This document shows, piece after piece, positions 10,827-23,854 of a stretch of 64,000 nt of DNA; the first letter of the stretch is position 1; each line of letters starts with the position of its first letter. Both the position numbers and the translations under genes were made by a program. The notes beneath the pieces were generated by a model, which was not told where the DNA came from, made no database searches, and saw nothing but the letters and a program-made list of their open reading frames with translations. Source of the stretch: Minutocellus sp. GHC0000111. Taxonomy: Eukaryota. The DNA lies in NCBI GenBank assembly GCA_977018835.1, contig OZ361260.1, positions 620,001-684,000 of the forward strand, in the 5' to 3' direction.

Positions 10827-13765
10827 CTATTTATTAGAAGGATGACGAGCTGAGGGCTCCATCCCCTTGGCCGTTTCGTTGAAGTCGATCCTAATTCCAG
10901 TGTGCAAGTTTTCGTCACCCAACCTTCCAACAAACTCATTGCTACCACCGGCCTTAATCACCAGGCCCATTATCCTCCAGTGCTGAATGAAGGCCGAAGC
11001 AATTTTGCAGTTAGGCATGCTATCGTAAACGTCCTCGGCAGTGTCCCAGATCTGGTCGGTGGAAATGACGGAGGTGCCTACCATTTTTCGTGCCCATTCC
11101 GAGTGCCGCCGGCTCATCGCGGGGAACACGCTCAAGTCAAGGACGTTGGCGTGAGGCATCTGCGGTGCCTGTGGCTGCCACGTCCAGCCTTGCTCAGCAC
11201 AGAAGTTAGTAACAAATTGCGTGAAGGTTCCGTCCTCGTGAGGCCCGGCCTGGTCGCCCTGGATAATAACATGGCAATCTTCGTATTGCTTGCCCGGACC
11301 GACAAGGTTGAGAATCGCTGGGAAAATAGTCTCCTTGAACACGAGGAGCAAAGAGCATTTCGGATCCTTTTTGGTGCCTTCGTTCGATCCAGTAACGCAA
11401 CAATCAACAAGAAACGACTCTCCTTTCCGGCGAAGAGGTTCCTTTGGTGTCCCATCGGGGTTGGTATTTTGGTGCCGTATTGAACCATCAGGCTGTGTCA
11501 CTGCTTCGCACTGAGCTCGCTCCGCTATTTTAGGAGCTTGAGCTCGTACCAGTGGCAGTTTTACAACCTCGCACCCATTCTCAAGAGAACCGTCAAAGAC
11601 AGCGGCAACAAATGCAATGGCCATGACCTTGTTGATGTGGCTCCTGTGAAAGGCCGCGTAATCTCGCTTTTTCACGCCGATTTCCTCGCAAGCCTTCGCA
11701 AAAGCTCGGAGGACGAGACCCCAGAACCATTTCTCATCGTAATGCACGAGGAGAACTCGCTTCTTTCCATTCGGTAAATTGCCGTTCTCATCCCGAATGT
11801 TCCAGAAATTCCGCACGAGCTGAGCAAAGGCCAGATGCTTAGCTTTTTGAGCCTCCGACAGGCGCGGTACCAGCCGCTCCTTGTAGAAAGTGAAGATGTC
11901 GAATGACTTGAGCCACCGCTCAATCGTCTTGTGCGAGCACCACAGACCAATGTCCTGCTCCAAACCACGGAACGATCGCTGAGGATTGCTGGAAAGGGCC
12001 GCAACAATGTCGTTCTGTATATGTACGGCTGCCTTGCCAAGTGCTCCCGCCTCTTCAGCTCCCACAGCTGCTTGTCATCGTCGCTGATGGTGTCGTACTC
12101 GGTCAGGTACGTTTTGAGCAACTCATTGTCAGCCTCCTTCGATACAGAATCATAGCAGTCTTCCTTTGCCTCTCTGCACTTATTGATTGCATGCAGGCGC
12201 TTAGCAGTAAAGTACTGCTCAGCCGTCTTGTAATTGTCAATGGCAGACTTTGGCCGAACCGACGAATCCTTGGGAGCGGGGGTGACAAATGCAAGCTCGG
12301 CCTGATCTGCTGGTATGCCCCGGGCAATGGCATTCTTCCGAGACTCGTTCTGGATGTCTCGCAGCCCATTCTTACCCTTCCCCCACGCTCTGCAGAGCTC
12401 ACGAATAGTGACCCTCCCATCCGACTGAAACTTCTGAGATGAACTGTTCCTACTTGAGTGCTGCGTCCCTCCGGTGCTCTTCAAATGCACTTCCAGAAGC
12501 AATCCCTGGGAAAAAAGCATGCTCTTCTCCTCGTCGTTCAATCCCTTCTTGCCTTTGGTTGCTCGATTCGCCTCCTTTCGAAGACATCCATCCTTCTTCC
12601 TGTATCGCATGCCATGCAAAAGCATTCCGACAAGAGTCTCCATCGGACTGCCATCGCTCTTTGCACGCTTATTGGCACCGGCGCTGTCAACACTGTCCAT
12701 CCCCGCCTGAGCAGCTACTGTCCGTTTGCGCCTGTCCTTGGCAATTGAATCGGTGTTGAGGCCGAGTGGGATCGGGGTGATGACCTTGAGAGGCACATTC
12801 TTATGCATCATGCCACCAAAAGGCTTCTCATGCTGGACATCGCAAAGAGTGCCTCCACCGACACCTCGACTGACCACAACAAATCCCTTGCCCTCAGGCC
12901 GATTCATGTTGGGACTGAAGTCGGCAGACACAAGGACATGTTCCCCAGTGCTGATGGCAGGTCGCATGTTGTCTTCCATTCTCATTGCTTTCTTGCGTTC
13001 GGTTGGTGCATCCGTCGGCATCCTGTGCGACCGAAGATGTTCACGCATTTGTACCCTCTGCTCCAAATGACGCATCGCCTCCTCCTTTACTTTGTTCCTT
13101 TTCTTCTCGGCATCGGCCATGGCCTTTTCATCCTTCCGCTTTTCTCGTTTCAAGGTGTCCCTTAGCCCTTTCAAAGCCTCCTCTGCAGCTTTGTGTTGCG
13201 CTTCGGCGGCCTCAACCAGCAGCACATCCAAATTCTCCTCGGTCGATCCACCAGAATTGGCGGTGCCGGTAGCAGAAACACCGACACTGGCAGGATTGCC
13301 AGATTCTTCACTGTTGCCGCTTCCATCCACCACCATGGACTCGGCGATGCCCCCAGCTTCGATGTTGTCATCACCAGGACGAGCAGTGACACCAGCATTG
13401 TCCTCGACCGTCGGCTCAGGGCTGGCATCGGCGTTATTGGATGACGAATTGCGCCGAGCAATTTGAATTTGAGAAATCGGCACATCTTGTGCCGGATCAG
13501 GACCGGTCTGGCTCGGACAGCACAGCTCCTCCTCTCGGGCTTGCTCCATGACATCCTGCTGTTTCTGAAGTGAGAGGCTCGCCCATGCCCGGTTCGCTAT
13601 GGTCTGGATCATCCCAGGAGACTTGCCACGAATCGTAGAGGCATCGACGGTGCCGCTCCGATGGACAAAGTAATCAAAGCATGGGATGGAGCTGCCGGAC
13701 CGACGGGAGCGGCGACACGCTGGCGCATCAGCTGCGGTGGCAGCAGTAGCAACAGCCATTTGCAT
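10827..13765 (-). CDS. Large mariner-like DD38D transposase (~978 aa after removing a 2-nt TA insertion near 12020)
   Basis: Catalytic motifs VHYDEKWF, IQGDQAGPH and QAPQMPHANVLDLSVF resemble plant DD39D mariner motifs IDEKWF/QQDNA/QPPNSPDLNVLDLGFF, with 38 residues between the last two Asp. ORFs 11672-13765 and 10827-12065 join as QPYI-QNDIV if one TA is removed. Confidence 0.9.
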
Positions 13766-14393
13766 TAATATGGTGTTGGATGCAGTATTTTGTGGCAGTA
13801 GAGCAACAGTTTGTATGTCGGGTGGGTTGGAAATGAGGAAGGTTTCATTGAGTGGCGGGCGCGCCCGGGCGGGTGATGATTTTTTTGGCCCGCTCGATTT
13901 TGGCGCGGGGTCACCCGGACCGCATAAGATACGCCATTATGGGGACCATGGAGACCGATATCGGAGCTCAAACCATATGGCTACTTGAATCAATGCATTT
14001 GGGAGGTGGTGGTGGGGTCGGGAGGTGGAGGAGGTGACCGGTTGTCATCGGAAAAACTGCTGGCAGAAGTCGGGAGGGGCGATGGATGGGGTGAATCGGC
14101 CAGACGCTGGCATGGGAAGATGAAATCGATATCTCCGAGTCGGTCCAAGGTCAAGGACCAACCCGTTCTGGAGATACCACGCTTATCCCTTGCGTGAAGC
14201 GGATGCCGTCGGCACTGCCGTCACCGCCATCTTGAAGACAGGATGACAGCAAATAAATGCTGCAAGCTGCGTGCGTTTGTGCTGATTTTTATGAGATTTT
14301 GCCCAAAGACCCGAAAACCGGGTCCCTGAAACTGCTGTCCGCGACCTCGTACGCACTTACGCATCTGGGCTCGTTTCGCTGCCAAAACGCACC

Positions 14394-17300
14394 ATGAGGT
14401 CAACTGGCGCCCCCGCGCCGCTGTCCCCGACTTACGAAGACCGGTCGGTACATGCTCCACAGCAGGGGCAGCAGGGCCTCTTCCTGTCGGCCGTCGCCGG
14501 TGACGATGCATCGCCCTCCCCAATGAGAAGTCGAAACGCCTCGCCCCTTGGCGTCAACCCGGCAGCCTCCGCCGCGGATGAGCAGGATCCCTCTGGATCG
14601 GCGGCGGCGGCATCCCGATTGCTGGCCGTTGCCAATTACGGTCCCTTCAGTCCCAGCGGCTTGGCCACGGCCACGGGTTTGGCCCAATCAGACTTTGAAG
14701 AGACATGTGATGCGCATGATGGGAGGGCGTCGAGTGGCCATGTGCGTGTGTCCTCTCCTACTGGTGCGGCAGCAGCGCAGTCGTTTGCGTCAGGGACGGC
14801 AATCGCTCTGTCGGGTCCGCACGGGATAGCCATTTTGCGCTCGAACAAGCCACACATTCCCAGCGTGGTTTTGAGCCATTCGACACATACTGCCGGTGGA
14901 AGTGCTGGATGCGGACCGTTGGCCTTCCAACCCTTGAGCGACGACCACACTGAGGCAGGTGGCAGTGGCGGCAGATCGACCATGCTACTGGCGACGGCGC
15001 GTGGTTCTGGCGTGTTGGTATGGGATGCGTCGGGTCGAAGTTTGAGTCCATTGCTCGGTAGGCTTGGTGTTGATGGAAGGCACCCGCCAGCTGCTGGTGT
15101 CAAGTTATCGTTACCACATCCTCCCGCAGCGATGCCCGCCAGCAGCAGCAATTCTGTCGTATCATCACTTCCCACTCCAAAGCCATCGACATTGGGATTA
15201 TCGGCCAATAACAATACCGTGGCAGCGCCCAACTCGTCGAGCTACGATATCGTCACATCCCTCTGCTGGTTGTCGGCCAATAGTCCAACTCTAGTAACCA
15301 CATCGGCTCGATCGGCAAGTATCTGGGACCTTCGCTGCCCATCGATTTCGAGACTCCGCCCGTCGACACGCTACGAGCTTGGTGCGGGTAGCTTCGATGG
15401 TGGGGGGTTTGTCAGCTGCGCCGTTGCGGGAGATGGCAGCCACGAGGTGGCCATTTTGGATGGAAGCGGCGTTGTTCGAATTTATGATACTCGGATGGGT
15501 GGATCACACCACCAACAAAGCAAAGGTCAGCACACGAATTCCGATCACCCGCTGCACGCCTTCTACGCACACGAGTCATCTGGAGTTGGGATATCCCGCT
15601 TACCTCTGTCGACCGAAGGTCGTCGTGGCTGGTTGACGTGGGGCTTTGATTCCTACGACGCCGAAGGCGCAGTAAAGGTATGGAGGGAAGGACGCCGTGA
15701 TCCCAACGATTCCAGCGAGATTGTCATCGACTCCGATGACTATTGGAGTCCTCGGCCGGAAGTGGCGAACGCTGTCGATGCTGCACTCGATGCATCCGGC
15801 AATGATTCTCGCCATTTTGAGCTCACAGCGACGTTTGGGTCGTCATCGGGAGCTCTTAGTGCAGCTCGGGTCGTACCCCATCCGTATGGCAATGCCGTGG
15901 TCACTATTGGAGCGGAACAAGACGGTGGCTGGAAAGCGGATTATTGGGCTCTATCCGAGAGCCAGAATACGTCGGACGAAGATTTGATGATTACTGGCGG
16001 TGTATTCGGAGCGAAACTGGAGGGATCTTTCCAAGGTGGCAATAAGTGCAATGATGCATTACGACAGGTGCTAGGCGGATCATCAGATCTTGGATATCTA
16101 ATCCAAGCCGACCTAGCAGTTGGAGCACCATCAGTTCAAGCGGACCATGGTCAGAGTGACTATTCGGAGCTCCTCCTTTGTTGTCTGGGCAGCTCAGGTT
16201 TCCTTACTACTCATGTTGTCTCTGAAGCCATCCCAACAAGAGGAGTGTTAGAAGCTGTCGGTTCTTCCAGTACTTTGTATTCTTCACCTAGGCGAAAAGT
16301 CAACGCTCAGCGCATGGTTCGGACTGATGCTGACTTTATGAATCAACAAAGCCGAATGTATCGACCCAGCTCAGACCCAAATCTGCACCGAAAGAACTTT
16401 GAGGATCTGCGAGATGAAGGGCCACTCAAATTTTCTCGCCCAGATAGCAGTCAGCATGTCGAAGGCAGGGGTGCCATGCAGGCCTCCGAGCTCTCGAACA
16501 TTACCCCCGAGGATGCCTACGCGTATGGGCGATCATCTAACCTGCCAGTTCAAGAACAGGAAAGCCTCCCTGAAGCAGTTACAAGCATATCCCGTGGGGT
16601 TGAAGGTGCTTTATTTCAATTTGAGCTGGACGTGGCGGGCGATGTCGCTCCCAACGCTGCTACACCGACTGAAGGTGTAGCCAAATCACCTGCCAATGCC
16701 GCCGATGCGGTTGCCAAGGGCGACAATATGGAACCACAAGGTGTTGCGTCAGGATCCAGAACATCGACAGTGGATCCTTTCAGAGCGATGAACGTTCCTT
16801 GTCCAAGATTATGCGGTGCTACCTTTGGCAGGGGCGGCGGCGGCATGATCATTTTCTCGAATGGTGACGTTCGACGCCAGTGGACCTGGTTTCAGGCGGA
16901 ACAACAGTCGGGTAGAGATGCAGGCAAGCACCAAATTAGCAAGGCCGATAACAAAGTCCGAAAACCGAAGGCAGACAGCGACAAATCGCAGCAATGTCCG
17001 AGAACGATGCTTGATCTCATGAGGATGAACGCTGCAGCAAAGATTGCACAGTGGGGGGTGGACGATGCCGACGAGGATAGCGGCCAGAGTGACGACGAAT
17101 CCTCCGTAGGATCGGACGACTCCTCAAGTTCTTCGTCTTCTTCCTCCAGCGATGGCTCAGAAGAGTTTGAATCTTTCTTTCTTCAACAGACAACTTCTGG
17201 CGGAGATGACGGATACGCTGAAGATGATGCTAGGCATTCTAGTGCTGGTGCACTCACTCTCGCAACAACAGCCAGCGGTAGATCATCTCTACCTCCTACC

Positions 17301-19194
17301 ACCAAGGAAAAGGGCACCGTCTCTTCAGCTTCATCCGCCCTCCAGCAAGCGAGCCGTTCGTCGAAACGGAGTTCTACAAGAAAATCAACGTCGGGCACTG
17401 GGCCTGACGATGCCTTTTTGAATCCAGCAACGGACCATCTTGCTCCTGTTGTTACCTTCACTCAAAATTATGACTTTCTCGTAATGAACGGCCAGTGTCC
17501 GGAACTCGCTGATAGCATGGAAGTTGGCCCATGGGGTCAAGTTTATCATGATGAAGGCATGCTTCGTTCTCTGGTGAGCTCTACCGCCTTGTCCGGTTCT
17601 CGTGTAAGCTTAAGTAGCGATGGGTGGGGTTGGATAGAAGAGCCGGAGCAAAAGGTCGTTCACCGAGTCAGCCCGAAAGAAGAGGGTAAGTTTCTCTTTT
17701 TGAATTCTATGCATATCTTTTCTTCCCATCACGAAATAGTTACAAAGTTGACCTCACAAATACTTTGCTTAACCCGTTACTATCCCATGGATTATTTCAC
17801 GACGTACCATTTTTATAGACAAAACAAAGAACAAAATCACAACGCGTCCATTGTTTCCGTCCCTATCATCAATTGGGCGGCGGTTTAGTATGAACCCTTC
17901 CAAGAGAGATGCAGCCGCCACGCACGCAAACAAGGAACCCCCATCGCCTCTTTCTCCGTCCAAATCCTTCCCCATCATTCAGCATGCGCTATCAGAAACT
18001 GCCCCGCTCCCGCCCCCACTCACAAGGATGAAGGAGGAGGCAGGACATTCGAGTAGTATGTCAGATGGATTCAATAGCCTGTTCTACTCTCCATCACCCG
18101 ACGATATCGCTGTGATCCCGCCTGATCAGAATATGCTTCCAGTCACTAGAGCTCGGCCGCGCACTCCGATGCGAAGTAGTCGAGAATCCCTTACCGATAC
18201 AACAAACACCAACAATAGCACCATCGACGCAGACTTTCTCGGAGTCCGAATGGTCGCCCAAGTCGAAAGATTGTCTGATTTTTTCCTAAAGCAGTGCGAT
18301 TTGACTGTAGAGCTATGCATCTACAATGCCGCTGTCTGCATGGATCTCAAGCAGAAAGACAAAGCTGATACTTGGTCATTGCTCGGCCAAACTGTTGAGC
18401 ACATGGGAAGAGACCTCCACAATAATTTCGGCGGTTGGGGAGGACCTGGAGGTGGTGCTCTCGGCAAGGAAATCGTTGCCGGAATTCTACAGTACTACGA
18501 GTTGCACGGTGACGTTCAGATGCTCGCCACCATAGTTTGTGTTCTAAGCGGAGGCGTTGGCAGACATGCGGTCAGAGATAAGGACCAAACCTCCCGGGAG
18601 GGGCTCACTGATTCCTACGTTCGCAATCTCCTTCCGGACGATGATCGCCGACTAGACTCCTACATTACTCGATACGCCACTCTGCTATACCAGTGGGGCA
18701 AAATTACTACGCGCGCAGAACTAAATAAACATCTGGCTCAGTCATCGCACGAAAGCAATACTAGTAGAAACCAAGTCCTTGGAGGCGAAGTTTTGGTGCC
18801 TATTGGGTCTGGCGATGAAGGCCGACTCCAGAAGAACTTTGTTTCGCCGCCGGAATCTTTGCCTGATAGCCCAGGGGTGACCTTTGCCCCGCTGTGCCCT
18901 CGCTGCCAGAAGCCAGCGAATACGGAGACGAACGTATGCGAGGAGTGCAAGCAATATGCATTCAAATGTTCGATATGTGAGACTTCCATTCGAGGATTAT
19001 TCACCACATGCTTATTGTGTGGCCACGGCGGTCACGTAGAACATCTATTGCCTTGGTTTGAGAAGGAAACCTGTTGTCCGTCAGGATGTGGCTGTTCTTG
19101 CGTCCTGACGACATATACAAGCGAAAAAGTTGTAGCCGTTGGAAGCGATAAAGCCATCCACGCCCCGCGCATCAAGGCAATGGGTTGGCAGTGA
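14394..19194 (+). CDS. WDR59: GATOR2/SEA complex subunit, WDR59/Sea3-like (WD40 repeats + C-terminal RING-like Zn finger); intron 17686-17818
   Basis: WD repeats (VLVWD, ASIWD, VRIYD, VKVW), VPCPRLCGATFG, GDVQMLATIVCVL, C-terminal CSIC...RGL...CLLCGHGGH...WF...CPSGCGCSC; the gtaagt...tatag intron keeps frame. Confidence 0.85.
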
Positions 19195-19358
19195 TGCATC
19201 GTAAAGTACTTAATAATATAGAACGCCTCGATAACAAATTGTGTGTTTAATAGCTAGAATGTCGCACGGGCAGTATTCTATTGCATTGCCTTGGCACTAC
19301 GTAGCTGAAACTCTTCACCAAATAAAAAAGGTCTCGGTACCATGGTAGATCGATAAAG

Positions 19359-20893
19359 CTAGGTTAGCTGGAACCCCTCCGCTTTTGGGCCCACAAAAGA
19401 TTCGCTGGCAATTATTCTCACAGAAACTTGTTTACTGAAAAGACTAAAGCCAAGGTATTCGTATTCCCACCCAAACTTTTCACATGCTTCCTGGAATGCC
19501 TTGTATTCATCCTCCGGCCACGTCGGTGTCATCAAGTATTCATCAAAAATTAAAACAGAGCCGGGGCCGATCCTGTTGCTCAGATACTGCAGAATTTCCT
19601 TTGTTCCTTGATAGAGGTCACAATCTATGTTCACCAGCCTCACGGGAAGATCTTCCGGCGGCGGTAAACTTGCGACATATCCTGGCAAAGTGTCGGCAAA
19701 CAAACCAACGTGAAATCGAACATTTTCGGGAACTCGTTCAGGAATTTCATTGCTGGCTGTATAAGAGCCCGCTTCTTCCTCACCCCATTGTTCCGGTATG
19801 CCTGTAAAAGTATCAAATCCATCGACCGGATTGTTGAGTCCAACCATTTCAGAGATGAGACGAATGGATTTGCCGTGGAACACCCCAAATTCAGCCACTA
19901 TGCCATCGGGTCGAGCCATACGCAGCGCCTCATCAAGCATTGTGTGGGTCCCGGCGAATATCCGCCCCTGCGGGTTCCTTTCCAAAAGCTCGGAAGGATA
20001 GTGTGACATGGTGTATTTCCAGCTATCTCTCAAATATTGGTCGACAGACACCGAAACTGCATTTCGATCCCCATGAAGAAGACCATGCGCCATAGACCTG
20101 TAAAACTTTGCCATTTGTAACCGTTCCTCTGCATCTTGCATTGCTTCTTCGTTTCCTTCACTGCCATCATCATCACCGTTGGCTTGTTCCATTGATTCGA
20201 TACAAGAGTCCCAAAGAAAGATAGCTTCGTCGAGCCTTCCTTCGTCGGCAACAAAGAACGCCTTTTGATACCATGCAATAGCATTGCTCTCTGGTGTGTA
20301 TTCATATCCTACTGTCTCCAAGGCATCATCAACATGATGCCTCTTTTCACGTCTCCTAGATCATGTGCCCAGAGATGAGCAAGCTTGAGTTCAACATCAT
20401 GGCTCAGTATTGGATCGGCCGCGTCGTTCTGTTGTGCGAGCTCATACATTTCAATCGCTCTCTGTGGTTCGCCATTCTCCTCCAACGCCATGGCCAAGTT
20501 AAACTGCCGATCTACCGTCGGATGAAGTTCCAGTGCCTCTGTGAAGGAGGCAATGGCTGCATTGAGCGCTCCCTTGGACTGCAGTTCGCGACCTCTGGTC
20601 GTTGCCTCGTAGGCCTTCACTAGATCAGCGCCAGTAGTTGCAACGGTGGCCGGTGGCTCTTTGGGCTCATTCTTGACACCAAACCCTCCCCTAGCACCTC
20701 CTCCCTTGCTTTTGTTCTTTCTTTTGGATGGCCGAGACGATGAGGCGCCGGCACCGAAGCCACCACCCGCTGCTTCCAAGGCAAAAGAAGAAGCGGCGTG
20801 TTTCCTGGTCAAACGCAAAGGCTGAAAGGCGTTGCCGAGGTGGCCCGCCGTCCATAGTAGCAGCAGGGACGACGATACTCGTAGGGTCGTCAT
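19359..20893 (-). CDS. Plastid-targeted TPR protein fused to a TylF/MycF-like class I SAM methyltransferase; frameshift near 20337
   Basis: Signal peptide ending GNA-FQPL; TPR helices; EFGVFHGKS, GFDTFTGIPE, GLFADTLP, NIDCDLY, LIFDEY. The frames join as GI-HVDDALETVG with no intron. Confidence 0.8.
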
Positions 20894-21080
20894 GGTTGCT
20901 TTTGTTCTGTGCGTGCGTGCGTCACGCCAGCGTCGCGTCACAGAGCTCGCAACCTGACTTGAACGTCTGACTGGCGGCCAGACGGCGAGATCGTGGCAAG
21001 TGATGGTCGTGGGGCATAATTGTTGGGCAGCAAAACTTCCGCAAGCAAAAGCAGCAGCAGTCGTAGTCAGCCATTGACAC

Positions 21081-22034
21081 ATGTCTTCAATCTTCCTACC
21101 CCAAGCTTACAACCGGAACAACATCATGGCTCTTTCTACTCCCTCAAACTCCCTGACCGCTTTCGCTTTTGCGGCTGCAGTTTTATCCTTTCTCCCATTG
21201 AGTTTTTCTTTCTCATCGTCAGCACGAGTGGTCACCCCATCAAACTTTCTTCTCCAGCTGAACAATGCCGAGACGCTGTCTACTGGATCTTTAACACTTC
21301 CACCGATGATATCTGTGCCATGCTCTCGTCCATCTCCCACCGCCGACAGTACCAGCTTGTTATCGGAGCTGATAAAGCCTCCAAATGTGGAAGATCTTTT
21401 TGAATGGTACTACTACACACAAAACCTACCTGATGCAGACCCAAGCTGGGGCGTTTTATGGCCGACGGCCGTGTCGATCACCAACCACTTATTGGCCGAT
21501 CCCTCAATAGTGCAAAACAAGCGAGTTGTGGAACTCGGCGCTGGTTTAGGTCTATGTGGTCTTACCTCGGCGGCACTCGGTGCAGCAAGTGTCACGTTAT
21601 CAGATCGAGAGCCGTTTGCGCTACATTGCGCTCTGGCAACTGCAGCATGCAATGACCTTTCCGATAAAGTACAGGGCGCCCTATTGGATTGGACCGACGA
21701 AGAAAGTTTGCGAGAACATAGGGCTGATGTCATTGTTGCGAGTGATGTGCTCTACGATGGCGAAACTATCGAGGCATTTGCATATGCCTGCGCCAGCATT
21801 CTCTCCGATGGGGGAGTTGTGCTGGTTTCTGACCCTCTACAAGAAAGGTTCGAGGGTGCCAGACAGAAGCTGAAAGATACACTCGCTGATGCATGCAAGT
21901 CGAAAGATTCTTTTCAGATGGACGTAATAGACTTGCCCTTACCAGCTGTTGGTGCTCGCGGAGGAACATTGGACAGTAAAGACCACGAGGAAAAAATGAA
22001 GGAACCAACGGTTTTAATCCGATGTTCGATCTGA
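21081..22034 (+). CDS. METTL21/Methyltransf_16-family protein methyltransferase, probably organelle-targeted
   Basis: [32 protein letters not shown]; hydrophobic N-terminal leader. The true start may be the later Met (MALSTP). Confidence 0.88.
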   Translation: MSSIFLPQAYNRNNIMALSTPSNSLTAFAFAAAVLSFLPLSFSFSSSARVVTPSNFLLQLNNAETLSTGSLTLPPMISVPCSRPSPTADSTSLLSELIKPPNVEDLFEWYYYTQNLPDADPSWGVLWPTAVSITNHLLADPSIVQNKRVVELGAGLGLCGLTSAALGAASVTLSDREPFALHCALATAACNDLSDKVQGALLDWTDEESLREHRADVIVASDVLYDGETIEAFAYACASILSDGGVVLVSDPLQERFEGARQKLKDTLADACKSKDSFQMDVIDLPLPAVGARGGTLDSKDHEEKMKEPTVLIRCSI

Positions 22035-22115
22035 GCGTAAAGATATAGCGTTTAGATTCCTCTTCTGATAAATTAAGCACTCATTCATTAATTTCTCTTT
22101 TAAGGATGCTGCTCT

Positions 22116-23854
22116 CTATTCTACATAGTAATCAAAATAGTTTTGGGGGCAGGATCGAATCTCTGGAGTCATATCATCAGGACAGTTGAGCTCAGTCAGA
22201 CTTTCCTTCACATCGTCCTCGTTGAGGTTGATGGCGGCATTCATCAGTTGCTTATACACCTGAATCTCGTGGCAAAGTGCCCTGCACATGTTACGATGCC
22301 CCTGTTCGGAAATTGTCTTGTTTTTCACTGGAATCTTCTTCTTGCTGGCATCATTCGCATGCATCTGCGAAGGGACGGTACCATTTCCTCCCAGCAAAAT
22401 GTCTACTCGCTTCCAATCCTCATCGTTGTGCTTCGCTCGGAAGACGATAATTTCTCTACCAAAGGCAAGTGCCGGGCTTCCATACCTGCAAAAGAAAGTA
22501 TGGATTGAGAATGGGGTAAAAGATATCAATGAGTATCAGCAATGGATGCACATCCAGCGGCAACAGAAATTGAATGATGCAAACTCTATCAAAGCACAGT
22601 CTCCTTGCTAAAAAAATAAACTCACCAATCATAGTTCCAGATATTGTGGAAGGATGCTGGCGCAGTGCCCTGCACCACAGCCCAGGCCCAATGGCGGCAA
22701 ACATCCTCGCTGGCATTGCGCTTAACGTGCAGCAATTGCGTCGGCGGGGGACGAGTTCCGGCCAGACCATACTCGGCAAGATCATGAAAGCTATTGTAGC
22801 ACTTGAAGAGCATCTGCTGACCGCAGGATTTGATGCGGTTGCCCCAAAGCACGTCCATGTTCTCAATGTGCTCGTAGTGATACCAAGACGCTATCCGATC
22901 GATGGGATTGCGAATGTTGAGCATGAGCGTCGGATTGTCAAAGCAATGCGTTCGAAAGTCGTAGTGGACGTAGCAGTTGACCATCTTCGATAGCTCTCCT
23001 TCGATATCTCCATTCAGCGGGAATCCTACCACCGTTTCTTGCCGGCCGGAATATTTGGGGCAATGGTACGCATAGGGCAAGGCTCCGCGAATGTTGCAGC
23101 TGAGACTGGATCCACCGGCCTTGCCAATGTGAAGGAAGCTGATGGACTTCTTCCCGGTAGCATTGTTGGCCTCAATGTCCTTGGCCAGACCCGCCGAGTG
23201 GCGCTCTCGGGCATACTTGAGCCTGTAGCGAAAGTGTCCCTTGCGTTGCTGGTCGCCGTATTCCATGGCCCAATTGCCCTTCTCCATGTTGTAAAAGGTC
23301 TCGTCCTGATTCATGAAGGAGGGGAAGCGGCACGATTCCTCCTCCTCTTCCTCCCACAGCTTGCTGCGTCTCTGAATGAGCTCCGCCGGGGGCGGATTGG
23401 GCAAAGGTCGTTCCTCGAAGATCCCTCCCACAGTTGGAGTTTGGAACGGCGCAGGAGCGTCCGACGGAGAGGAAAGGCCAATGCCACCAGCGCCAATGGT
23501 GATGAGGTCCATCCCCGGTCCAAAGTACAGAATGCTCCCGACAATTCCGATCAGCAAAACCACAAGACGGAAGACGCGTGCACACAGGGCATCCATATCG
23601 ACCCGAACTTCGTTGGAATCGACAGATATCGCCGAGGACATGAGCCATCGACGGACGCATCCGCTCTTGGTCGTAACGACATATCGGGAGGCCAAGTGGG
23701 ACGGAGCATTCCCGTTACCGAAGGAGGAGGCAGGCCGGCCAGGACTTGCGCCCATGCCGCCGCCACCGTTCAGCGGCGACCGATCCTCCGACGTAGAATG
23801 AGGTCGCTTGTGCATATTGATTTTATTTTGAGTTGTGACCGAGTGGTGCTGCAC
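22116..23854 (-). CDS. Type II membrane sulfotransferase-family protein (intron 22486-22625)
   Basis: Single TM helix; 5'-PSB-like FLHIGKAGGSS; 3'-PB-like IRNPIDRIASWY; gtgagt...tgcag intron in frame. Confidence 0.8.

Larger units (their letters stand above)
9396..14349 (-). mobile_element. Full-length two-gene Tc1/mariner DNA transposon, 4954 bp
   Basis: Imperfect TIRs 9396-9443 (CGAGGTCCGGGACAGCAATTTCGGGGACCCGGGTTTTTGGGTCTTTGG) and 14303-14349 (reverse complement CGAGGTCGCGGACAGCAGTTTCAGGGACCCGGTTTTCGGGTCTTTGG); TA at 9394-9395 and 14350-14351; contains a DDD transposase. Confidence 0.93.
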
